Shown in pieces: positions 12,673 through 24,939 of a DNA stretch of 64,000 nt. Numbering within the stretch: the first letter of the stretch is position 1; each line of letters begins with the position of its first letter. Position numbers and translations under genes: made by a program. The stretch covers positions 129,409,025-129,473,024 of the forward strand of contig NC_092371.1 of NCBI RefSeq assembly GCF_030028105.1, read 5' to 3'. The notes beneath the pieces were generated by a model that saw only the letters and a list, made by a program, of their open reading frames with translations, had not been told where the DNA came from and made no database searches. This stretch comes from Mobula birostris. Taxonomy: Eukaryota.

Positions 12673-14320
12673 ATGGGTGATGGACCTACTCACGTGATGT
12701 ACACCATGGACTGATGGAACTTCCCCAGCGATGTACACCATGGACTGATGGACCTTCTCCAGTGATGTACACCAAGGATTGATGGACCTTCTCCAGTGAG
12801 GTACACCATGGACAGGTGGACCTTCTCCTGTGATGTACACCATGGTCTGATGGACCTACTCCAGTGATGTACACCATGGACTGATGGACCTTCTCCCGTG
12901 ATATACACCATGGACTGATGGACCTTCTCCCGTGATATACACCATGGACTGATGGACCTTCACCCGTGATGTACACCATGGACTGATGAACCTTCTCCAG
13001 TGATATACACCATGGACTGATGGACCTACTCCCATGATGTACACCATGGACTGATGGACCTACTCCGGTGATGTACATCATGGACTGCTGGACCTTCTCC
13101 AGTGATGTACACCATGGACTGATGGACCTTCTACAGTGATGTAAACCATGGACTGATGAACTACTCCTGTGATATACACCATGGCCTGATGGACCTACTC
13201 CTGTGATGTACACCATGGACTGATGGACCTTCTCCTGTGATATACACCATGGACTGATGGACCTTCTCCAGTGATGTACACCAAGGACTGATGGACCTAC
13301 TCCCGTGATGTACACCATGGACTGATGGACTACTTCTGTGATATACACGATGGACTGATGGACCTACTCCTGTGATATACACCATGGACTGATGGACCTT
13401 CTCCCGTGACGTACACCATGGACTGATGGACCTTATCCAGTGATGTACACCATGGACTGATGGACCTACTCCAGTAATGTACACCATGGACTGATGGACC
13501 TACTCCCGTGACGTACACCATGGACTGATGGACCTTCACCCGTGATATGCACCATGGACTGATGGACCTTCACCCGTGATATACACCATGGACTGATGGA
13601 CCTACTCTAGTGGTGTACACCATGGACTGATTGACCTTCTCCTGTGAGATACACCATGGACTGATGGACCTACTCCACTGATGTACACCATGGACTGATG
13701 GACCTTCTCCAGTGATGTACAGCAAGGACTGATGGACCTACTCCCGTGATGTACACCATGGACTGATAGACCTACTCCCGTGATGTACACCATGGACTGA
13801 TGGACCTACTCCCGTGATGTACACCATGGACTGATGGACTACTCCTGTGATATACACCATGGACTGATGGACCTTCTCCTGTGATGTACACCACGAACTG
13901 ATGGACCTACTCCTGTGATGTACACCACGAACTGATGGACCTACTCCTGTGATATACACCACGAACTGATGGACCTACTCCTGTGATATACACCATGGAC
14001 TGATGGAACTACTCCTGTGATATACACCATGGACTAATGGACCTACTCCCGTGATATACACCATGGACTGATGGACTTTTCCAGTGATATACACCATGGA
14101 CCGATGGACCTTCTCCTGGGACATACACCATGGACTGATGGACCTACTCCTGTGACATACACCATGGACTTACTCCAGTGATATACACCATGGACTGATG
14201 GACCTTCTCCTGTGATATACACCATGGACTGATGGACCTACTCCAGTGATGTACACCATGGACTGATGGACCTTCTCCAGTGATATACACCATGGACTGA
14301 TGGACCTACAGCCGTGATAT
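12673..14320. repeat. 34-bp satellite/minisatellite, left block (~48 units)
   Basis: Consensus GTGATGTACACCATGGACTGATGGACCT(T/A)CTCC(A/T/C), repeated head-to-tail. Confidence 0.97.
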
Positions 14321-16912
14321 AGAACATAGAACGGTACAGCACAGTATAGGCCCTTCGGCCCACAATGTTGTGCCGACCCTCAAACCCTGCCTCCCATATA
14401 AGCTCCCACCTTAAATTCCACCATATACCTGTCTAGTGGTCTCTTAAACTTCACTAGTGTATCTGCCTCCACCACTGACTCAGGCAGTGCATTCCACGCA
14501 CCAACCACTCTCTGAGTAAAAAACCTTCCTCTAATATCTCCCTTGAACTTCCCACCCCTTACCTTAAAGCCATGTCCTCTTGCACTGAGCAGTGGTGCCC
14601 TGGGGAAGAGGCGCTGGCTACCCACTCTATCTATTCCTCTTATTATCTTGTACACCTCTATCATGTCTCCTCTCATCCTCCTCCTCTCCAAAGAGTAAAG
14701 CCCTAGCTCCCTTAATCTCTGATGATAACGCATACTTTCTAAACCAGGCAACATCCTGGTAAATCTCCTCTGTACCCTTTCCAATGCTTCCACATCCTTC
14801 CTCTAGTGAGGTGACCAGAACTGGACACAGTACTCCAAGTGTGGCCTAACCAGAGTTTTATAGAGCTGCATCATTACATCGCAACTCTTAAACTCTATCC
14901 CTCGACTTATGAAAGCTAACACCCCATAAGCTTTCTTAACTACCCGATCCACCTGTGAGGCAACTTTCAGGGATCTGTGGACATGTACCCTGAGATCCCT
15001 CTGCTCCTCCACACCACCAAGTATCCTGCCATTTACTATGTACTCTGCCTTGGAGTTTGTCCTTCCAAAGTGTACCACCTCACACTTCTCCGGGCTGAAC
15101 TCCATCTGCCACTTCTCAGCCCACTTCTGCATCCTACCAATGTCCCTCTGCAATCTTTGACAATCCTCTACACTATCTACAACACCACCAACCTTTGTGT
15201 CGTCTGCAAACTTGCCAACCCACCCTTCTATCCCGCCATCCAGGTCGTTAATAAAAATCACGAAACGTAGAGGTCCCAGGACAGATCCTTGTGGGACACC
15301 ACTAGTCACAATCCTCCAATCTGAATGTACTCCCTCCACCACCACCTTCTGCCTTCTGCAGGCAAGCCAATTCTGAATCTACCTGGCCAAACTTCCCTGG
15401 ATCCCATGCCTTCTAACTTTCTGAATAAGCCTACCATGTGGAACCTTGTCAAATGCCTTACTAAAATCCATATAGATCACATTCACTGCAGTACCCTCAT
15501 CTATATGCCTGGTCACCTCCTCAAAGAACTCTATCAGGCTTGTTAGACATGATCTGCCCTTCACAAAGCCATGCTGACTGTCTCTGATCTGACCATGATT
15601 CTCTAAATGCCTATAGGTCCTATCTCTAAGAATCTTTTCCAACGGCTTTCCCACCACAGACGTAAGGCTCACTGGTATATAATTACCCGGACTATCCCTA
15701 CTACCTTTTTTGAACAAGGGGACAACATTCGCCTCCCTCCAATCCTCCGGTACCATTCCCGTGGACAACGAGGACATAAAGATCCTAGCCAGAGGCTCAG
15801 CAATCTCTTCTCTCGCCTCGTGGAGCAGCCTTGGGAATATTCCGTCAGGCCCCGGGGACTTATCTGTCCTAATGTATTTTAACAACTCCAACACCTCCTC
15901 TCCCTTAATATCAACATGCTCCAGAACATCAACCTCACTCATATTGTCCTCACCATCAAGTTCCCTCTCATTGGTGAATACCGAAGAGAAGTATTCATTG
16001 AGGACCTCGCTCACTTCCACAGCCTCCAGGCACATCTTCCCACTTTATCTCTAATCGGTCCTACCTTCACTCTTGTCATTCTTTTTTTCCTCACATTATT
16101 GAAGAATGCCTTGGGGTTTTCCTTTACCCTACTTGCCAAGGCCTTCTCATGCCCCCTTCTTGCTCTTCTCAGCCCCTTCTTAAGCTCCTTTCTTGCTTCC
16201 CTATATTCCTCAATAGACCCATCTGATCCTTGCTTCCTAAGCCTCATGTATGCTGCCTTCTTCCACCTGACTAGATTTTCCACCTCACTTGTCACCCTTG
16301 GTTACCTTCACCCTACCATTCTTTATCTTCCTCACCGGGACAAATTTATCCCTAACATCCCGCAAAAGATCTCTAAACATCAACCACATATCTATAGTAC
16401 ATTTCCCTGCAAAAACATCATCCCAATTCACACCCGCAAGTTCTAGCCTTATAGCCTCATAATTAGCCTTTCCCCAATTAAAAATTTTCCTGTCCTCTCT
16501 GATTCTATCCTTTTCCATGATAATGCTAAAGGCTAGGGAGCGGTGGTCACTGTCCCCCAGATGCTCACCCACTGAGAGATCTGTGACCTGACCCGGTTCA
16601 TTACCTAGTACTAGATCTAGTATGGCATTACCCCTGGTCGGCCTGTCCACATACTGTGACAGGAGTCCGTCCTGGACACACTTAACAAACTCTGCCCCAT
16701 CTCAACCCTTGGTGCCAATCAATATTAGGGAAGTTAAAGTCACCCATGGTAACAACCTTGTTATTTTTGCACCTTTCCAAAATCTGCTTCCCAAACTACT
16801 CCTCTGTATCTCTGCTGCTACCAGGGGGCCTACAGAGTACCCCCAATAGAGTAACTGCTCCCTTCCTGTTCCTGACTTTCACCCATATTGACTCAAAAGA
16901 GGATCTTGCGAT
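14321..16912 (-). mobile_element. young 5'-truncated CR1 LINE (ORF2 partial endonuclease and RT) inserted in the satellite
   Basis: ORF pieces PTRGNAILDLVL, KSPGPDGIFPR, DFSKAFDKVPH, GVPQGSVLGP, KFADDTK, LVRPHLEYCVQFWSP; (TTCTATG)n-type 3' tail at 14321; a few frameshifts and stops. Confidence 0.93.
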
Positions 16913-18250
16913 GTGATATACACCATGGATTGATGGACCTACTGCTCTGATGTACACCATGGACTGATGGACCTTCTCCAGTGATATACACCATGGACTG
17001 ATGGACTACTCCTGTGATGTACACCATGGACTGATGGACCTTCTCCAGTGATGTACACCATGGACTGATGGACCTGCTCCTGTGATGTACACCATGGACT
17101 GATGGACCTACTCCAGTGATGTACACCATGGACTGATGGACCTTCTCCTGTGATATACACCATGGACTGATGGACCTACAGCCGTGATATACACTATGGA
17201 TTGATGGACCTACTCCTGTGATGTACACCATGGACTGATGGACCCTCTCCTGTGATGTACACCATGGACTGATGGACCTTCTCCAGTGATGTACACCATG
17301 GACTGATGGACCCTCTCCTGTGATGTACACCATAGACTGATGGACCTTCTCCAGTGATGTACACCATGGACTGATGGACCTTCTCCAGTGATGTACACCA
17401 TGGACTGATGGACTTTCTCCAGTGATGTACACCATGGACTGATGGACCTACTCTTGTAATGTACACCATAGACCGATGGACCTGCTCCAGTGATATACAC
17501 CATGGACCGATGGACTACTCCTGTGATGTACACCATGGACTGATGGACCTTCTCCAGTGATGTACACCATGGACTGATGGACCTGCTCCTGTGATGTACA
17601 CCATGGACTGATGGACCTACTCCAGTGATGTACACCATGGACTGATGGACCTACTCCAGTGATGTACACCATGGACTGATGGACCTTCTCCTGTGATGTA
17701 CACCACGAACTGATGGACCAACAGCCGTGATGTACACCATGGACTGATGGACCTTCTCCCGTGATGTACACCACGAACTGATGGACCTACAGCCGTGATA
17801 TACACCATGGACTTACTCCAGTGATGTACACCATGGAGTGATGGACCTACTCCAGTGATGTACACCATGAACTGATGGACCTACTCCTGTGATGTACACC
17901 ATGGACTGATGGACCTTCTCCCGTGATGTACACCATGGACTGATGGACCTGCTCCTGTGATGTACACCATGGACTGATGGACCTTCTCCCGTGATATACA
18001 CCATGGACTGATGGACCTTCTCCCGTGATGTACACCATGGACTGCTGGACCTTCTCCCGTGATGTACACCATGGACTGATGGACCTTCTCCCGTGATGTA
18101 CACCATTGACTGATGGACCTACTCCCGTGATGTACACCATTGACTGATGGACCTACTCCCGTGATGTACACTATGGACTGATGGACCTACTCCAGTGATA
18201 TACACCATGGATTGATGGACCTTCTCCCGTGATGTACACTATGGGTGATG
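16913..18250. repeat. 34-bp satellite, right block (~39 units)
   Basis: Same unit as 12673-14320. Confidence 0.97.
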
Positions 18251-18360
18251 TATTGCTCTATATTCTATGTCAGGTTTCCAGCACGTGCAGATTTACCCCC
18301 TTTTTGTACGACTTTATCTTCAAGTAGCTCAACTGGGTGGAAGCATACCGTACGTATCCC

Positions 18361-18560
18361 AGCCGGGGAAAAAACAAATATTGCACCTATCTCAGCCAGG
18401 GGAATCCCACGTAAGCACAGGTAGAAGGTGTAAACTCCACAGATCAAATTAGGGTCTCTGGAACTGTGCATATGTCAGCTGGGGGAAACAGATACTGCTC
18501 ATATCTCAGCCAGGGGAATCCCACGTAAGCACAGGGAGACAGTGTAAACTCCACACAAAG
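18361..18560. repeat. ~116-bp tandem duplication of a SINE-like fragment
   Basis: tatctcagccaggggaatcccacgtaagcacagg...gtgtaaactccaca occurs twice. Confidence 0.7.
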
Positions 18561-21500
18561 AACCAGCGTCTCTACTGTTGGGAGGTAATAGCTGTGCATT
18601 ACCATTTCACTGTGTGTATCTTCCTCTGGTGCTGAGGAAAATTAATCAATTAGTATGTAGTTTGTCACTTAACACTGTGACGAGCTACTCTGTGATGAGC
18701 TACTCAGTGACAACCCAAAGCTGCTGAACAATTCCTAACCAGTCTCCCTCTTCCAAGGCTACATTATTTTTTAATTTCAACTTTTTTTCCTGTGCTCTCA
18801 TCTCCGTACTAAGACGCCTGGCAGAGACACAAGTCCATGGATACCTCACAGGAAGTACCTGGTTATTTTTCACTGCCCATTCTCTAATCCCCCGTCCCCC
18901 ACCCAAAAAAGGAAATGCAGATTGTGATGATTGAGTCACTCAATAAAACTTTCCAGGAATTTTGAAGAGAACCGACTGTATGATCACTTTGGGTCATTAA
19001 CAATGTACACTAATGTAGAACCTGTCACAGAGCAGAACACCCAGAAGTAGTTCATAGAGCCATTATCAAACAAAGGCCACCACTGGGCCTTACAGGGACA
19101 GAAACTCTGATTAAAGAAATCAGCATTAACAGTTTAACTGAGTTTGAAAGCTTTGCCCCTTGGCAGTATGAAGGCAGTCCCATCAATAACATAGCAACTA
19201 AACTTAGATTGCAGATATCTCCAAGGAAAAAGGATAGAGAGAGTCCATGAAGATGAAAAGGAAAGGTCAGGGAAGGATTTTAAATGAAAGATGCAAAGTA
19301 ATACAGAAATGTGCGTCACAAAGATGGATTTTCTCCTTGATGAAGTCTACGGGCCAGCGGGGGAATGGACAACGGCTGGTGTCCCAGTCAACCAGTCTGT
19401 GGCTCTGTACAGTGTGAACATTAATTGAATATATTCAAGTATGCCACTGGCAAAGCATTAAGCAGATCTTTATTACCCACAGTTTTAAAAACTTGATTTG
19501 AAACTGACTGTCATTAGATGTCATTAGCCCTTGTAACAGTGTATATTTGAGCAATACTAAAGCAGTAATTTTCATTCAGTACATTGATTTGCAACTTCCT
19601 AACTCGCTGCCAGCCATCTATTTCTCTGCACTTAATTACTTTAATGAAGAATTAAGTCTGACAACATTAGCACCACATTCGGCTGAGGAATGGAATGAGT
19701 TTGTAACTGTATATTCCACTCTTTCCTGGGTCAGACACACACCGAAACCATTTGAAGAATTTGAAACACAAGGGGTAGAAGAGGTGACTAATACATGGAT
19801 TTCAGCTAAAGTAAGAATACACTCAGAGATGGGCCGAATGGTCTGCCTCGCGGTTCTAGACTCAACGCACACTAACCTGTAATTCCTCATTCTGGCTCCT
19901 TTACCTTTCTCCCCAGCCCTGCAGAAGAAATGATTCTCCATTGCTTTAGACCACAGGAACCTGACAATACAAATATACTAGTCCAGTCTATAAGAACACC
20001 AGCCTTACTTCCACAGACTGTGCCAACATTTCCTGCTGAATCAGAAAAGCAGCCAACATAATCGAGGAACTGCCATCATGGTCACTCTCTCCCCTGTTAA
20101 ACGCCCGCCACCAAATCCCCTCCCCCCCAGTCAGGCAGAAGATACAAAATTTGAGAACACAACACCTTCCACCAGGCTCATGGACAGCTTCTATCCTGCT
20201 GTTATAAGACCCTTAGACAGAACAAATTCTTGATCTTTCATTTTACCATGTCACCGCCCTGCACTCTGTGATATAACACTGTCTCCAAGCTATTGTATTT
20301 CCTTCGGTTCTACTTCAATGTACTTATGCACACAAAGATCTTTCTGGATGGCATACCATAAGATTTTCACTATATCTCAGTAAGAATAATAAGTCAACCA
20401 CCAAAGCCAGTTAACCTGGAAATGTATTTTCAATGATAGGTTTACAATGCACAAAACAGTTGATATCCGATTATTTTATCAATGAGAAGGTTCTAATGCT
20501 CCACAAACACCTGTTACAATAACAAGGCCCCATCAATGTCAGATACTTAAGTACTGATCTTGGTCTTGATGCAGATTGCTGTCATAAAGCCTTGTTATGC
20601 CAGTTGTGACTGCTATTCCCATTGAGGAGAGCTGTCGCTGTAAAGCACCAGAAAGAGGTGCTGCTGCTATAAACACCAGAATAATGAGAGGCCTGTCAGG
20701 CTGCTCCAGCCTCCGGCTGTTGAGGGCAAGGAGATAAGGGAGTTATGGGCAACAACATTTATGCTTATCTGTACAGATCCTCGCCAGGTTACAAATGCCT
20801 GAATTATGGACATCCAGTACATACCGACGACCCTTTGGGAGACTGGTGGGATGGATGTGCTGGCTGCTGCCACTTTCTACCAAGTGGGAACATGACTAGC
20901 AACAACATTGTTGCATCTTGAAGAGAAATCTGAATAGTCAAGTCAAATGCCCTGATTTAACTGCTTGTGGGTCACACATGGACAGCTACAACTTTATGGA
21001 TTGAAAGTATCAGCAACTCCAAGGAACAGCCTGAGCAGCTTTGATTTTACACCAACTCCTGTCAGTGTTCATTTCACAGATACTGAGGTGGATGTGTTTG
21101 CAATTCTTCAGTTTGAAATCTTTCACTTGGCTGTCCACAGGATGCAGCTCACACCATATTTTATGCTGTGGCACCTACAACTGAATTAGACTAAAGCAAA
21201 CTCTCTGCTGAGTCATTACTAACAGCACTCTCAGCTGTCCCCCTCACAGCACAACAGAACTATAATACACTCTGTTGGAAAGTCACAAACCTGCACAAAT
21301 ACCCACTATACAATCCTGCATTATCAAAATGGGGAAAACTGATTCGTTCCGAGTGCCCACAGTTTCCTTTGCCTTGTACTTTACCCGTTTTGGTAACACT
21401 CGAAGCATCTGGGAGAGTTACGTGTGCCCTGTAAGAGTTGTTCTGCAGCACTATACCTCTTAAAGAGCATTGGTCACCGGTCTTAAAGCAAATAGCAAAT

Positions 21501-21659
21501 AAGCAGTCAGGGCAAAGATGAGAGATGGCCAGAATAAAGGAAACGTGCGCATAATTTGTAGTTATAATAAATTGCACAAAGACTAGTTTGGACGTTGGAA
21601 ATATTCGTTATATTTTTTGCAAATTAGCCCATCCCCCTGGTTAGTTTGCAATTTGCACA

Positions 21660-21775
21660 TAACCTGGAAGGTGTCAATCAAACTGAATGGTGTGACTGAG
21701 CCAGCAGTGTTTGATGTCTGCAGTCTGTATATAATCTGCTTAGTCTGGATGGCAGCTGCTGCTATAAAAGATCAA
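21660..21775 (+). promoter_or_regulatory. lefty core promoter: TATA box with Smad and T-box motifs
   Basis: TATAAAA at 21763-21769, ~150 nt upstream of the ATG; GTCTG at 21716, 21723 and 21743; AGGTGTCA at 21669-21676. Confidence 0.65.
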
Positions 21776-21913
21776 CAGCAATCATATACAGAGAGAGCAC
21801 AGAGGAGAGAAAGAGCACAGAAGATTGAAAGGAAACAGAAATAAAGGAAAGAAGTGATTTTACCAGCAACAAGAGGCAAAACTCCTCAACCATCAGGGGG
21901 CTGCTTCAAGGAG

Positions 21914-22208
21914 ATGACCAGAATCAACAGCAGCCTGACCACTATGCTGCCTGTCTTTGTTCTGTTGGTGCTGCAGACAGCCCCAATGAGTGGAGTCTCC
22001 CACGACAGCATTAAGAACGCCATGCTTCGTAAGCTAGGCCTAAGTGAAGTGCCACAGATGGAGAAGAGGGACCTGGAGAGGGTGGTGGTGCCAACACACC
22101 TCCGGAACAAGTACATGTCCATGCTGAAGCTGCACAAGGAGAAGGAGAGGAGGCGGAGAGCCCTGCCCAGCCTGGCCAGCATTTTGCGAGGAATTACAGG
22201 TAATGCAG
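21914..22208 (+). CDS. lefty: lefty (left-right determination factor, TGF-beta family) exon 1: signal peptide, start of prodomain, RRRR convertase site
   Basis: Translates MTRINSSLTTMLPVFVLLVLQ...LRKLGLSEVPQMEKRDLERVVVPTHLRNKYMSML...RRRRALPSLASILRGITGNA, a typical Lefty N-terminus. Donor GCAG|gtaaac after 22208. Alternative in-frame ATG at 21944. Confidence 0.93.
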
Positions 22209-23096
22209 GTAAACCGGGCTTTGATCTGCTTTTGACTTTGAAACCAGAAATACAATTATGTCACCTTCCTAGTGCTATCTTGTAATGTCTCTCTCCTGCC
22301 CCTTGCCTCAATCCCTCCAAACGTTGCACTGGGCTGGAATGTTGCAGTACAGGTAATGAAGGCAGATGCTCACCCGTGCCCCACAGGCTCAATGTCGTTT
22401 TGAGTTATACGGATAGACAGGGATTTCTTTCCCCTGGAGTGCTGGAGACTGAGCGGAGCACCTTGTAGGTGTATAAGATCAGGAGGGGCATTGATAGGGT
22501 GAAAATGCCCCTCGTGATTTTACACACCAGGGTTGGGGAATTCCTACATGGAAAGCACGCAGCCAGAGTTCCCGAATCATCATGTGCGAACTCTGAGGTT
22601 TATTGTGGTGATATCGGTTTATCATATTCTATCTTTTTTCCTTCGTACTATCTCTATATTCTGATGCACAAAATGGCCTTTCACTGTATCTCTGTAGATG
22701 TGGTGATAATAATAGACCATTTACCCATCACCCAGGCAAACTATGTAATACACAAGCAAAAGAGAATACAGGTTACAGTGGTACAGTCAGTGCAGGTGGA
22801 CAAACAAAGTGCAAAGCTGAACTACGATCCCCAAGTTATTCTGCATGAACTTAACAAAGCGCACTTCCAGTTTCTGTAACCTGTACACTTATTGCTGACA
22901 ACTGATCAACTCAAGAACACCCCAGCTTCTTTAAAGATTGGGGGAATTCACAACACCACTGATGACAAAGGCCGTAGGCTCACACTGTGTGAAGTACAGA
23001 CAATTTAGTATTTTTTTCTCCGATACAAATAACCAATGTACTCAAGATGGATATGGGAGTTTAAAACCTTCCAAGTAACCAGTTCTGTGTCCCCAG

Positions 23097-23340
23097 GCAC
23101 AACCGGAGAAGTGCTGTACTCAGACCCCACCAGGCAGAGGCTGGTTTTCGACATGAAGGGGCTGATCCCTGACAACAGCGAGGTGACCATGGCAGAGCTC
23201 AAGCTCTTCAAGAAGGGCGTCCACAAGGGGGAGCTCCCTCCCAGAAAATACAGCCGGCCAGTCAACAACGCCAGGGTCAGTGTGTACTGGGTCAAGATCC
23301 TGGCCGATGGCACCAACAGCACCTCGCTCATCGACTCCAG
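23097..23340 (+). CDS. lefty: lefty exon 2 (prodomain)
   Basis: Acceptor ccccag|GC; GTTGEVLYSDPTRQRLVFDM...EVTMAELKLFK...RPVNNARVSVYWV...TSLIDSR; donor AG|gtaagg; phase consistent with exons 1 and 3. Confidence 0.95.
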
Positions 23341-23724
23341 GTAAGGGCAAGACTAATGTTGGAATACGTTCCAGGGATTTGCCCAGCTGAGTTAAGACAA
23401 TTTAAGAAATGTTAAAGCTGATCTTTCCCCCACAGGGTTATTAGCTTTTTCCTCCCCGATCATTAATCAATAACAATTAAATATTCAATAAATAATCATC
23501 ATATTCTTTAAACTGATAAATACACATTTGTTCTCAAGGCAGTGAGCTTCATTCGCAAAGCTACCATTTCTAGATGCAGTACAGGTAGACAAAAGTGCAA
23601 AGCTACAATTATCATAATAAGGTTATGGTAAAACATATTGTTTTACTGATATCTGGTATAAACATACTGACTCCTATGATCATCTTCACACCCAGCCTCA
23701 GTTCCTTCGACTCCGCCACATTTA

Positions 23725-24835
23725 TTCCCAGGATGAGGCTTTCCTTTCCAGGACATCAGAGATGTCCTCCTCCTTCAAAGAATGGGGTTTTCCTTTCCCC
23801 ACCATTTACGCTGCCCTCACCTGCATCTCCTGCTTTTCCTGAACATCCATCCTCACCCCACCTTAATGGGAATAGAGTTCTTCTTGTCCTCACCGTCCAC
23901 CCTGTGAGCCTCCACATCCAGCACATCATTCCCTGCAACTTCCACCATCTTCAATGGGACCTGACCACCAAACACATCTCTACCTCCCCCTCACTCCCCG
24001 CTCTATGGAAAGATCACTCCCTTCCTGGTTCCCTTGTCTATTCATCCCTACCCACTAAACTCCCTCCTGGTACCTAACTGCGAGCACAAGAGCTACACCT
24101 GCTCATTCACCTCCATTCAGGGCCCCAAGCGGTCCTTTCAGGTGAGGCAACACTTCACCTGTGAATCTTTTGGGGTTATCTACTGTATCCAATGCTCCCA
24201 ATGCAGCCTCCTCTACACTGGTGGGGCCTAAGGTACAACGGGGAACTGCTTTGTCAAACACCTTCGCTCCAATTACAAAGAGCTGGATTTCACAGTGGCC
24301 AACCATTTTAATTCCTATCCCTATTCCCATTCCAACATGTCAGTCCAAGGCCTCCCCTATTGCCACAATGAGGCCACTATCACGTTTGAGGAGCAACACC
24401 TTATATTCTGTCTGGGTAGCCTCCAAGTTGATAGCATGAACATCAATCTCTCCAACTTCCTGTAATTTGCCCCCTCCCCCTTCCCTCTTCTTCAATTTCC
24501 AACTCTGGCCCCCTCTTACTTCTCCTCACCTGCCTATCATTTTCCCCTGGTGCTCCTTCACTTCCCTTTTTCCAATGGCCACACTCCTCTCCTATCAAAT
24601 TCTTTCTTTTCCAGCGCTTTACCTTTTCCACCTCCCAGCTTCTTACTTCATGCTGTCTCCCCCACCCACCTGGTTTCACCTATCATCTTCCAGCTTATAT
24701 TCATTCTCCACCCCTCACCTCCATATTCCAGCTTCTTCCCCCTTCCTTTCCAGCCCTGACGAAGGCTCTCAGCCCAAAATGTCGACTATTTACTTTGTAT
24801 GCTGCTCTCGTCCGGCATCTGCAAAATCTCTTGTG
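23725..24835 (+). mobile_element. decayed Penelope-like element (GIY-YIG region and terminus) in lefty intron 2
   Basis: FQVRQHFTCESFGVIYCIQCSQCSLLYTG; degenerate hammerhead core near 24755. Confidence 0.8.
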
Positions 24836-24939
24836 CTTACACTTAAAAATATAGCTGCTTTCACCTGTAACCAATGCCATCTGTTGCTGACAAAGATCAG
24901 CTACAGCAGAAGACACCTTATGGACTTGATGCCTGGAGG

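Noticed and set aside
12649-18171. Many overlapping minus-strand ORFs (MVYITGEGPSVHGVHHWRRSISPWCTSLEKVHQS repeats)
   Set aside because: Artefact of a 34-bp unit that mostly lacks minus-strand stops; the same peptide cycles through all three frames.
12673-18250. CRISPR-like appearance (34-bp partly palindromic repeats)
   Set aside because: Units are directly head-to-tail with no unique spacers, there are no cas genes, and the context is vertebrate.
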